Origin: Acidobacteriota bacterium
GTDB taxonomy: Bacteria > Acidobacteriota > Thermoanaerobaculia > Gp7-AA8
DNA length: 64,000 bases
NCBI GenBank assembly: GCA_003223645.1
Contig: QHVT01000007.1
Coordinates: 106,531-170,530, forward strand
Direction: 5' to 3'
Made by a program: the position numbers and the translations under genes. Shown here piece after piece: positions 56,953 to 64,000 of this stretch. Under the pieces are notes generated by a model. The model searched no databases. It had not been told where the DNA came from and saw only the letters and a list, made by a program, of their open reading frames with translations. Positions within the stretch are counted from its first letter, which is position 1; each line of letters begins with the position of its first letter.

Positions 56953-58182
56953 CTACGCGAACGATTTCGGCCGGTCGTCCAACCTCGTGGCCAGGTCCGT
57001 CATCGCGCCGAGATAGATCGGCTCGCCGGCGACGAAGTCGATCGGCGTTTTCGTCCCGGACGCGCGGATCGTGACGCGGTTGGCGTCGGCGTCGACCAGG
57101 ATGTCGTCGATGGCCGGCACTTTCACTTCGAAGTGTTTCGGCCCGTCCATCATCACGCGCTTGTTCGTCACGTAAAGGTTCGTCGTCGACTGGCTTCCCG
57201 TCGGACGGATCTCCGCGCTGTACATGCAGTACTCGTGGAGTCCGAGCGGGATCTTCGACTCGCAGCGCGGCGCGTTGCGATGGTCGATGCCTCGTAGTCG
57301 AATGAACTGTGCCTCGGACGACGTGTCGATCGGAACGTCGTCTGGTTTGATCTTGAATCCTTCCTGAATCGCACGGACGACTTTCAGCTGTTGTTCGCCG
57401 AGACGATCGTCGGCGAGGAAGTGCCAGAGGATCGTCGAATAGACGGCCTGTTTCACGGCCAGCGCATCCTCGGCGATGAGGCCCGCGGCATCGCTGGCGC
57501 GGTCCATCAGCGCGGCGATCTCGGCGGCGCGGTCGGCGCCGATGCGCGCGAGAGTCGAGAAGCCGACGTGCAGCACGGTGCCGATGGCGGTGTCGGCCCA
57601 GATCGCGTAGGGGAGATCGAGTTTTTCGTTCTCGCGCTGGACGTACGCGAGCACTTCGTCGCTCGGATCGTCGCGCAGTTTCTCGAGCGCGGCGGTGTAC
57701 GCGGAGAGAAGCTCGCGGTTGCGCGCGTCGCGCTCCTCGCGCTCCTTGCGGATGCGCGTGTCGTGCGCGCGCACCACGCGGCGCTTCTGCAGGGTGATGA
57801 CAAACGGGATCGCGATCAGCACGAGGCCGAGGATGATCCAGAAGACGCCGGCGGCGCCTTTGCTCGACACGACGGCGAGGCCTAACAGCAGGAGCAGCGC
57901 GCCGAGCGCGATCAGGCCGAGCATGATGTAGCCGCGGCGCGTGCCGTCGACCATCGTGCTCCAGAACGGCTGCGTCGCGATGGACCGCGGCGGCGGCACC
58001 TCGGGGGAGCGAATCGTGCGGACGTCGGCGGCGTAGAAAATCTCGGGCCGGTGGCGGATGAACTCGCCGTTCGATCCGGTGCTCAGCTCGGGATTCTCGT
58101 CGATCGATCGTGCGTCGCGGCGGCGGCCGACGGCAAAGCGGAAGAAGTTGTTACCCAGCGACTTCTGAACTATGAAACTCAC
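56953..58182 (-). CDS. hypothetical membrane protein
   Basis: 409 aa; central TM pair (LGLIALGALLLLLGLAVV / VFWIILGLVLIAIPFVI); no recognised domain. Confidence 0.45.
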   Translation of the reverse strand: MSFIVQKSLGNNFFRFAVGRRRDARSIDENPELSTGSNGEFIRHRPEIFYAADVRTIRSPEVPPPRSIATQPFWSTMVDGTRRGYIMLGLIALGALLLLLGLAVVSSKGAAGVFWIILGLVLIAIPFVITLQKRRVVRAHDTRIRKEREERDARNRELLSAYTAALEKLRDDPSDEVLAYVQRENEKLDLPYAIWADTAIGTVLHVGFSTLARIGADRAAEIAALMDRASDAAGLIAEDALAVKQAVYSTILWHFLADDRLGEQQLKVVRAIQEGFKIKPDDVPIDTSSEAQFIRLRGIDHRNAPRCESKIPLGLHEYCMYSAEIRPTGSQSTTNLYVTNKRVMMDGPKHFEVKVPAIDDILVDADANRVTIRASGTKTPIDFVAGEPIYLGAMTDLATRLDDRPKSFA

Positions 58183-58216
58183 GGCGTTCTCAGCCGATTG
58201 CGTAAGTCATGCCCGA

Positions 58217-58270
58217 AAAAGCAGAAAGCAAAAAGCAGAAAGCAGAAAGGGGGCGGCGGGACGCCGCCGC
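58217..58270 (-). terminator. intrinsic terminator: GC hairpin followed (on minus strand) by U-rich tract built from AGCAGAAAGC decamer repeats
   Basis: ggcggcg-gga-cgccgcc stem immediately downstream of minus-strand stop at 58276; plus strand shows aaagcagaaagcaaaaagcagaaagcagaaagg. Confidence 0.55.
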
Positions 58271-58275
58271 CGTGG

Positions 58276-59232
58276 CTAATGGCGCGCCAGTCCCCACGGT
58301 CCATCATCTGTTTTGATCGTGTTGACGACGCGATTTGCGGCCGTGTCGATGACCGTGATGGTGTTCGACAAACTGTTCGCGGCGTAGACCTTGCGGCCGT
58401 CGTGGGTCATCGCGATTCCCCAGACGCGATTGCCGGCGGGGATGGTGGCGATGATTTTTTTCGCGGCGGTGTCGATCACGGCGACGCTGTTGCCGCGGCC
58501 TGTCGCGACGTACAAACGTTTTTCGTCGGGCGTGAGCACGAGTCCGACGGGGCGCGTGTTCGGGAGTTTGATGCGTTGCACGAGGCGATGTTTCGTCACG
58601 TCGATCAGCATCACGCTCGCGCCGATCTCCGCGGTGGCCCACGCGCGTTTTGCGTCGCGCGTAAACACGGTCGCGCGCGGTCGCGGGTCGAGGAGGATGT
58701 TGGCGACGACCTGTTTCTTCGCCGTGTCGACGACGGAGATGGTGTTGCTCGACTCGCCGGTGACGTAGACCCATTTGCCGTCCGGACTCGCGGCGACGCC
58801 TTCCGGCTCGGTGCCGACGACGAGCGTGGCGACGGATTTTCCGTTCGCGACGTCGAGGATCGACGCGGTCGCGGCGTCTTCATTCGAGGTGAAGAGCCGT
58901 TTGCCGTCCGGCGAGACGGCGACGCATTCGGGATCGGTCGCGGCGACGTAGTCGCGAATCGTCTTCAACGTATTTGTGTCCAGCGCGACGATCGCCTCGC
59001 GTCCGCTGCGCGGATGTTTGCCGTCGCGCCACCAGCTCAGCGCGACGTAGAGGCGCTTGCCGTCGGGGGAGACGGCGAGTCCGCGCGGACGGTTGCCGAG
59101 GTTGCGCGACGCGATCACGCGATCGGTGGCGGTGTCGATGATTTGGATCGTGCCGGCGCGCTCGTTGGAAACATACAGATGATCGGCGAATGCACTGGCA
59201 GCGAAGAGGAGGACGAGGAGAAGGCGTTTCAT
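58276..59232 (-). CDS. secreted YncE/YVTN-type beta-propeller repeat protein
   Basis: Start MKRLLLVLLFAASAFA; repeated V..SPDGKRLYV / T...V.VIDTA blades; ATGA overlap with upstream cytochrome c gene; track ORF N-terminus runs through a REP. Confidence 0.7.
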   Translation of the reverse strand: MKRLLLVLLFAASAFADHLYVSNERAGTIQIIDTATDRVIASRNLGNRPRGLAVSPDGKRLYVALSWWRDGKHPRSGREAIVALDTNTLKTIRDYVAATDPECVAVSPDGKRLFTSNEDAATASILDVANGKSVATLVVGTEPEGVAASPDGKWVYVTGESSNTISVVDTAKKQVVANILLDPRPRATVFTRDAKRAWATAEIGASVMLIDVTKHRLVQRIKLPNTRPVGLVLTPDEKRLYVATGRGNSVAVIDTAAKKIIATIPAGNRVWGIAMTHDGRKVYAANSLSNTITVIDTAANRVVNTIKTDDGPWGLARH

Positions 59233-59549
59233 TTCAGCGTGCGCAGGTACTCCGCGATCTCCTGCGCGTCCGCGTCGGGGATGTTGAGCGCGGGCATGCT
59301 GCTGGACGGATTGAGCGACGCCGGCTCGTGGATGAACTTCGCCATGTTCTCCGGCGTGTTCGGGACTTTGCCGTTGCTGATCGCCGGCCGCGCGCCGATG
59401 CCTTCGAGCCTGGGACCGATCGCGCCATGGCCTTCGACGCCGGGAATCGTGTGGCAGGTCGTGCAGCCGTATTGCTCGATGAGCTGCGGACCGCGATTCG
59501 ATTTCTTGCACGCGGCGAGGAAGAGCAGTGTGATTCCGAGCGCCAGCAC
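59229..59549 (-). CDS. small c-type cytochrome, probable lipoprotein (start uncertain, possibly GTG 59549)
   Basis: LFLAAC lipobox; heme motif CTTCH; paralogous to C-terminal domain of upstream CtaG-like protein; REP copy immediately 5'. Confidence 0.45.
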   Translation of the reverse strand: MLALGITLLFLAACKKSNRGPQLIEQYGCTTCHTIPGVEGHGAIGPRLEGIGARPAISNGKVPNTPENMAKFIHEPASLNPSSSMPALNIPDADAQEIAEYLRTLK

Positions 59550-59677
59550 TGCGCGATGCCCGGATATCGATCGAAAAGAGGAGAGCGGGCATCCTGCCCG
59601 CCTTCCGCGGGCGGGCGGGACGCCCGCTCTCCTCGGTGCGGGGAGCAGGTGCCCCGTGTGATGCGAACATCTCATCA

Positions 59678-60802
59678 TCACTTCAGAGTGTACAAATACG
59701 CGGCGATGTCGCGGCCGTCGCGTTCGGTGACGAACATGTCCGGCATCGCGCTTTTCGGATCGATCGACTGCGGCGCGCGAATCCACTTCATGAGATTCGC
59801 CGGCGTGTTGATCAGGTGTCCGGCGAGATAAGTGCGCACGCCGATCTGATCGAGCGGCGGTCCGACGGTCGCTTTCGCGCCGGGTACTCCCGGAATCGTG
59901 TGACACGTTCCGCAGCCGTAGCGCTGGATCGCCGTTTTCCCTCTCTCCGGTTCTCCTCCCGTCAGCTGCCTCGCCTCGGCGATGCGATCGCCGCGATATT
60001 CGTTCGCGCACGCGCAGAAAAGCAGCAGCATCAGCAGCGTCGTGAATGACGACGCCTTTGCGCGCCGCTCCGACTCGCCGAGCCATGCGGCGAAGAGCGC
60101 GAGCCCGGCGACGATGAAGATCAGGCCCGACGGAATCCACATGATCAGTCCCGCGAGCTGCTGGTCTTCCATCGAGTGATAGCTCGGATACCAGCGGCCG
60201 TGCGCGAAAAAGAGCAGCGCGCCGAGGATGCTGGTGTGCATCGCGGTGGCGAAGACGAAGAAGACGGCGACGCCGTATCCGAGGCGGCCGTAGCGGCCCT
60301 GAATGATCGCCCACCAGAAGAGCGCGGCGGTGACGAAGAACATCAGGTGTTGCACCGCGTGGATGGTTTCGTTGTGCAGCGCGCCTTCGAACGCGAACGG
60401 GATGTGCCACGCCCAGAGCACGATGGCGTGCACGATGAGCACGACGACGGGGCCGGTGATCGCGCGCCACGTTTTCAACACGGCGGGCGCGCGCGTGATC
60501 GCGAGCACGTTCGCGCGCGCGCTCGGCGAGAGTCCCCACAATCCGTAAATCATCGGACGGCCGATGACGATGAGCGGCGCGGCGACGATCATCAGCAGCT
60601 CGTGCTGCGTCATGTGCACGGCGAAGAGGACGTCGGAGAGCGTGTCCATCGGACCGACGAGCGCGGCGAAGATGGTGAGCCAGCCGGCGGCGAATGCGAT
60701 TGGTTCGTAGACGCGCGCTTTCGTGGAACGGACGCCACGGAAATACAGCGTCAGCGACGCGATCATCGCCAGCGTGACGAGGATGTCAAACACTAATCGC
60801 AT
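59678..60802 (-). CDS. caa3-type cytochrome oxidase assembly factor CtaG-like membrane domain fused to C-terminal c-type cytochrome domain
   Basis: Start MRLVFDILVTLAMIA; HMTQHELLM motif and multi-TM body; C-terminal RYGCGTCHTIPGV heme-binding site. Confidence 0.55.
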   Translation of the reverse strand: MRLVFDILVTLAMIASLTLYFRGVRSTKARVYEPIAFAAGWLTIFAALVGPMDTLSDVLFAVHMTQHELLMIVAAPLIVIGRPMIYGLWGLSPSARANVLAITRAPAVLKTWRAITGPVVVLIVHAIVLWAWHIPFAFEGALHNETIHAVQHLMFFVTAALFWWAIIQGRYGRLGYGVAVFFVFATAMHTSILGALLFFAHGRWYPSYHSMEDQQLAGLIMWIPSGLIFIVAGLALFAAWLGESERRAKASSFTTLLMLLLFCACANEYRGDRIAEARQLTGGEPERGKTAIQRYGCGTCHTIPGVPGAKATVGPPLDQIGVRTYLAGHLINTPANLMKWIRAPQSIDPKSAMPDMFVTERDGRDIAAYLYTLK

Positions 60803-61152
60803 GGGTGCAGCATCACCGTGGGAATCGTTTGTCCGAGAATCAGCAGCGCGAAAAAGAGACTGCCGAAGAATGCCGACGCGGCCATGAATTTCGCGCGGCT
60901 CAACGGCCGCGGCTCTTCTTCCTCCGGGCCGCCCGCACCGCCGCCCGTGTACGGCTGCGGCATCGACTGCCAGGTGGTGTACGCGCGCACCGAGTTGAAC
61001 GCGACGATCGCGAACAGCAGCAGCGACACGCCCCACATCGTGACGCGCGTGTTCGATGCGCAGACTTCCGCGTGGAGCGAGTAGCAGGCCTGCAGATGGA
61101 TCGCCCAGGCGATCGGCGGCAGCAGCAGCAGAATCCAGAGTCTTCGATCCAT
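60793..61152 (-). CDS. small membrane protein, possible cytochrome oxidase subunit IV-like
   Basis: MDRRLWILLLLPPIAWAIH..., 2-3 TM; sits between ctaE and ctaG-like gene. Confidence 0.4.
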   Translation of the reverse strand: MDRRLWILLLLPPIAWAIHLQACYSLHAEVCASNTRVTMWGVSLLLFAIVAFNSVRAYTTWQSMPQPYTGGGAGGPEEEEPRPLSRAKFMAASAFFGSLFFALLILGQTIPTVMLHPCD

Positions 61153-61154
61153 CG

Positions 61155-61769
61155 TCAGCTCTTGTCGAACATGATCACGATCCAGAACGGAATCCACGAC
61201 ACGACGACGAACCACCAGTAGATGCAGCTCAGGCGGATGTCGGGCATCAGTTTTTTCTCGACCGGACCCTTGAACAGCAGCACCGTCATCACCGCGTTCT
61301 CGACCGTGCCGGACGTGAGGTGAAAAGTGTGCATGAAGTAGATCGCCCAGACGATCGAGCCGTAGGCGTGGCTGTTCCAGTTGTAGCCGATCGTCGCCAG
61401 CTCGTAGGCGCGCGTGACGCACGCGGCGGCGCTCGCGAGCGTGCCGAGGAGAAATCCGATTTGAATCGGACGCAATCGAAATTGAATTGCCGCGCGGAAC
61501 GCCCACCACGTCGGTATCACGCTGAGGAGCAACGCCACGACGGTCAACGCGGTGAGCCACAGCGGCGCCTGGTGCACGCCCGGCGGCGGCCACGTGCTCT
61601 CATTGCCGCGCAGATAAAAATACGACGAAGCGAGCAGCACGAACATCGTGCTCTCGATCGCCAGCAGCAGCCAGAGTCCCCACCAGATCGGATCGCGCGG
61701 ACCGAACGCGAACATCGGCAGCTCGGACACGTCGACGAAGCGGCGTCCGACCGGCGCGGTCTCGCTCAC
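61155..61769 (-). CDS. ctaE: cytochrome c oxidase subunit III
   Basis: WWGLWLLLAIESTMFVLLASSYFYLR, HAYGSIVWAIYFMHTFHLTSG typical CoxIII; GTG start overlapping ctaD stop. Confidence 0.75.
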   Translation of the reverse strand: MSETAPVGRRFVDVSELPMFAFGPRDPIWWGLWLLLAIESTMFVLLASSYFYLRGNESTWPPPGVHQAPLWLTALTVVALLLSVIPTWWAFRAAIQFRLRPIQIGFLLGTLASAAACVTRAYELATIGYNWNSHAYGSIVWAIYFMHTFHLTSGTVENAVMTVLLFKGPVEKKLMPDIRLSCIYWWFVVVSWIPFWIVIMFDKS

Positions 61770-63655
61770 GGCTGCTCCTCCAAGAGCTCGTGATGCGGCG
61801 GCTTCGGCCAGAACCAGCCCGTGAGCGCGATGCCGGCGAGCAGCATCCCGAGCGGCACGCCCCACGGGGTGAAGATCGCGGTGATCACGCCGATGCCGGT
61901 CGCCCCCGCGAGCAGCGTCGGCCAGATCGTCGGACGCGGCGTCTCGATCTTGTGATCGGGAAACGCGTCCATCAGTTTCGTGATCAGCACTTCGCGGCGA
62001 TCGGGGCGGAAGCCGGTGACGAGCGGCTGATCGTCCGCCATCGTCCAGATCTCATAGCGGTCGCGCGTCGTCGGCAGATAAAGAAAGTTGTAGGGCGGCG
62101 GCGGCGAGGACGTGAACCATTCGAGACTGAACGAGCCCCACGGATTGTCGCCGGCGATCGCTCCGCTGCGCAGGCTGATCACCGCATTCGCCATGAACAG
62201 CAGCACGCCCACCCCGAGGACGTACGCGCCGACCGTCGAGAGCATGTTCAGGTTGTTCCAGCCCATCGTCGGCAGGTACGTGTAGACGCGGCGCGGCATG
62301 CCGTGCAGCCCGAGGTTGTGCATCGGGAAGAATGTCAGATTGAAGCCGACGAAGAAGAACGCGAACGTCCAGCGGCCGAGCGTCTCGTTCATCATCTTGC
62401 CGGTGAATTTCGGGAACCAGTACGTCAGTGCGCCGATCAGCGGAAACAGCATTCCACCGATCAGCACGTAGTGCAGGTGCGCGACGACGAAGAAGGTGTC
62501 GTGCAGCTGCCAGTCGAGCGGCGTCGACGCGAGCATCACGCCGGAGAGGCCGCCCATCACGAAGATGAAGAGGAAGCCGAGGACGTACAGCATCGGCGTG
62601 CGGACGATGAACTTGCCGTGGAAGATGGTGATGATCCAGGAGAAGACCTGGAACGCGGTCGGAATCGTGATGAGCACACTCGACGCGGTGAAGAAGCTCA
62701 GTCCCAGTTCCGGCAGCCCCGTCGCGAACATGTGATGGACCCACACGCCGAAGCCGACGAATGCGGTCGCGACGAGCGAGAGCACCATCCCGACGTAGCC
62801 GAACACCGGACGCTTCGTAAACGCGGAGACGAGCGTCGACATCATCGTCGTCCCGGGGATGAAGATGATGTACACCTCGGGGTGCCCGAAGAACCAGAAC
62901 AGGTGCTGCCACAACAGCACGTCGCCGCCTTCGGCTTTGTTGAAGAACTGCGTGGCGATCAACCGGTCCGACGCGAGCATCGAGCTCGCGACCATCACCG
63001 CCGGCATCGCGAAGACGATCATGAACGACGTCACCAGCTCGCCCCACACGAACAGCGGCATGCGGTTGAGCGACATCCCCGGCGCGCGATGCTTGAAGAT
63101 CGTCGCGATCATGCTGACCGCGCCGCCGAGCGAGCCGATCTCCGTGAACGTGATCATCTGCGCCCAGATGTCGATCCGTTTTCCCGGCGCGAACTCGGGA
63201 CCGGAGAGCGGCACGTACGAGAACCAGCCGGCGTCGGGACCGAAGTTGAGGAAGAAGCCGGCGTAGAGCAGCAGTCCGCCGATGAGATAGCTGAAGTAGG
63301 AAAATTGATTGAGACGCGGGAACGACATCTGCCGCGTGCCGAGCATCAGCGGGACGATGTAGATGCCGAGGCCTTCGATCATCGGCACGGCGAACAGGAA
63401 CATCATGGTCGAGCCGTGCGTGGTGAACAGCTGGTTGTAGAAATCGTTCGTGACGAAATGATTTTCCGGACGCGCGAGCTGCGTCCGCATCAGGATCGCT
63501 TCGATTCCGCCGAGGAGGAAGAAGACGAACGACGTGACGATGAAATTCATCCCGATCGTCGTGTGATGGTTGTCGGTGAGCCAGCCCCACAGCCCGCGCG
63601 GCTTGCGCCACGTCTCGGCGAGTTGGACGTGCAGCTCGAGGTCGATCATCGCCAT
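61766..63655 (-). CDS. ctaD: cytochrome c oxidase subunit I
   Basis: 629 aa; WFFGHPEVYIIFIPG, HHMFATG, VVAHLHYVL heme-copper oxidase signatures. Confidence 0.9.
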   Translation of the reverse strand: MAMIDLELHVQLAETWRKPRGLWGWLTDNHHTTIGMNFIVTSFVFFLLGGIEAILMRTQLARPENHFVTNDFYNQLFTTHGSTMMFLFAVPMIEGLGIYIVPLMLGTRQMSFPRLNQFSYFSYLIGGLLLYAGFFLNFGPDAGWFSYVPLSGPEFAPGKRIDIWAQMITFTEIGSLGGAVSMIATIFKHRAPGMSLNRMPLFVWGELVTSFMIVFAMPAVMVASSMLASDRLIATQFFNKAEGGDVLLWQHLFWFFGHPEVYIIFIPGTTMMSTLVSAFTKRPVFGYVGMVLSLVATAFVGFGVWVHHMFATGLPELGLSFFTASSVLITIPTAFQVFSWIITIFHGKFIVRTPMLYVLGFLFIFVMGGLSGVMLASTPLDWQLHDTFFVVAHLHYVLIGGMLFPLIGALTYWFPKFTGKMMNETLGRWTFAFFFVGFNLTFFPMHNLGLHGMPRRVYTYLPTMGWNNLNMLSTVGAYVLGVGVLLFMANAVISLRSGAIAGDNPWGSFSLEWFTSSPPPPYNFLYLPTTRDRYEIWTMADDQPLVTGFRPDRREVLITKLMDAFPDHKIETPRPTIWPTLLAGATGIGVITAIFTPWGVPLGMLLAGIALTGWFWPKPPHHELLEEQP

Positions 63656-63750
63656 CCTCCCACCCGATGGCGGATCGCGGATGGCAGATGGCGGAGCGCA
63701 CGATCACGCGCATCGTTCTTCCGCCATCTGCCATCTGCCATCTGCCATCT
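63656..63750. repeat. heptamer tandem array (GATGGCR x5) and inverted array (CTGCCAT x4) forming a long hairpin in the ctaC-ctaD intergenic region
   Basis: gatggcggatcgcggatggcagatggcggagcgca ... ccgccatctgccatctgccatctgccatct. Confidence 0.8.
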
Positions 63751-64000
63751 CATTTGAGGCTCTCCAGATACGCGACCAGCGCATGCAGGTCGTCGGGATC
63801 GAGCGGATTCGGCGGCATGAGCACGCCCGGTTTCACGCCGCCGGCGTCGGCGATCCAGCCGGAGAGGTTGCCGCGATTGTTCGGGATCACGGCTGCGCCT
63901 AGCGTTCTCCGGCTGCCGACGTGCGTGAGGTCGGGACCGACGCGAGAGCCGGCGGACGTGCCTTTGATGGCGTGACACATGCCGCAGCTCGTCGAGAGGA
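63750..64000 (-). CDS. ctaC: cytochrome c oxidase subunit II C-terminal cytochrome c domain (caa3 type); 5' part beyond right edge
   Basis: Heme-binding SCGMCHAIKG (CxxCH) reading leftwards from window edge; upstream of ctaD. Confidence 0.65.
   Translation of the reverse strand, partial: LSTSCGMCHAIKGTSAGSRVGPDLTHVGSRRTLGAAVIPNNRGNLSGWIADAGGVKPGVLMPPNPLDPDDLHALVAYLESLK

Overview
High-G+C bacterial chromosomal segment with roughly 60 protein-coding genes, dense short overlaps between genes, and many long antisense 'shadow' ORFs. No rRNA, tRNA or CRISPR array was recognised by eye. The lineage is not determinable from this window (candidates: Gemmatimonadota, Acidobacteriota, Myxococcota). Core content includes an edge-truncated glgX, a ParE/antitoxin pair, an OmpR-type two-component system, rsmE, topoisomerase IV parE and parC (not adjacent), a secreted S8 peptidase, M3 and M16 peptidases, a triple-PAS hybrid histidine kinase, an ECF sigma factor, a PP2C phosphatase, an FHA-GGDEF cyclase and a caa3-type cytochrome oxidase operon (ctaC partial at the right edge).

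The most interesting content is two visibly lower-G+C gene blocks, at about 23.9-28.6 kb and 36.5-43.2 kb. Each is headed by a paralogous amino-methyltransferase gene, and the two heads point away from each other across about 8 kb of normal-G+C genes. Block 1 (minus strand) encodes MTase, a Cas4-like PD-(D/E)xK nuclease with a C-x2-C-x5-C cluster, an unknown protein and an AAA-like ATPase. Block 2 (plus strand) encodes MTase, a 919-aa kinase-fold/P-loop NTPase fusion, an unknown 380-aa protein and a ThyX flavin-dependent thymidylate synthase with a basic N-terminal tail; its last three genes are linked by start/stop overlaps. Block 2 appears to end inside a truncated host gene. Together they look like candidate restriction/defence or DNA-modification modules without an obvious match to named systems.

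The window is also rich in palindromic REP/MITE-like repeat families (at least five), two of which sit in-frame inside coding sequences (a histidine kinase and a fused dual methyltransferase). One copy is flanked by a perfect 20-bp direct duplication. There are also unusual arrays of 7-8-bp tandem units arranged as inverted arms in two regulatory intergenic regions, a 2 x 102-bp tandem repeat, and a sigma54-type promoter driving an internally duplicated small protein.
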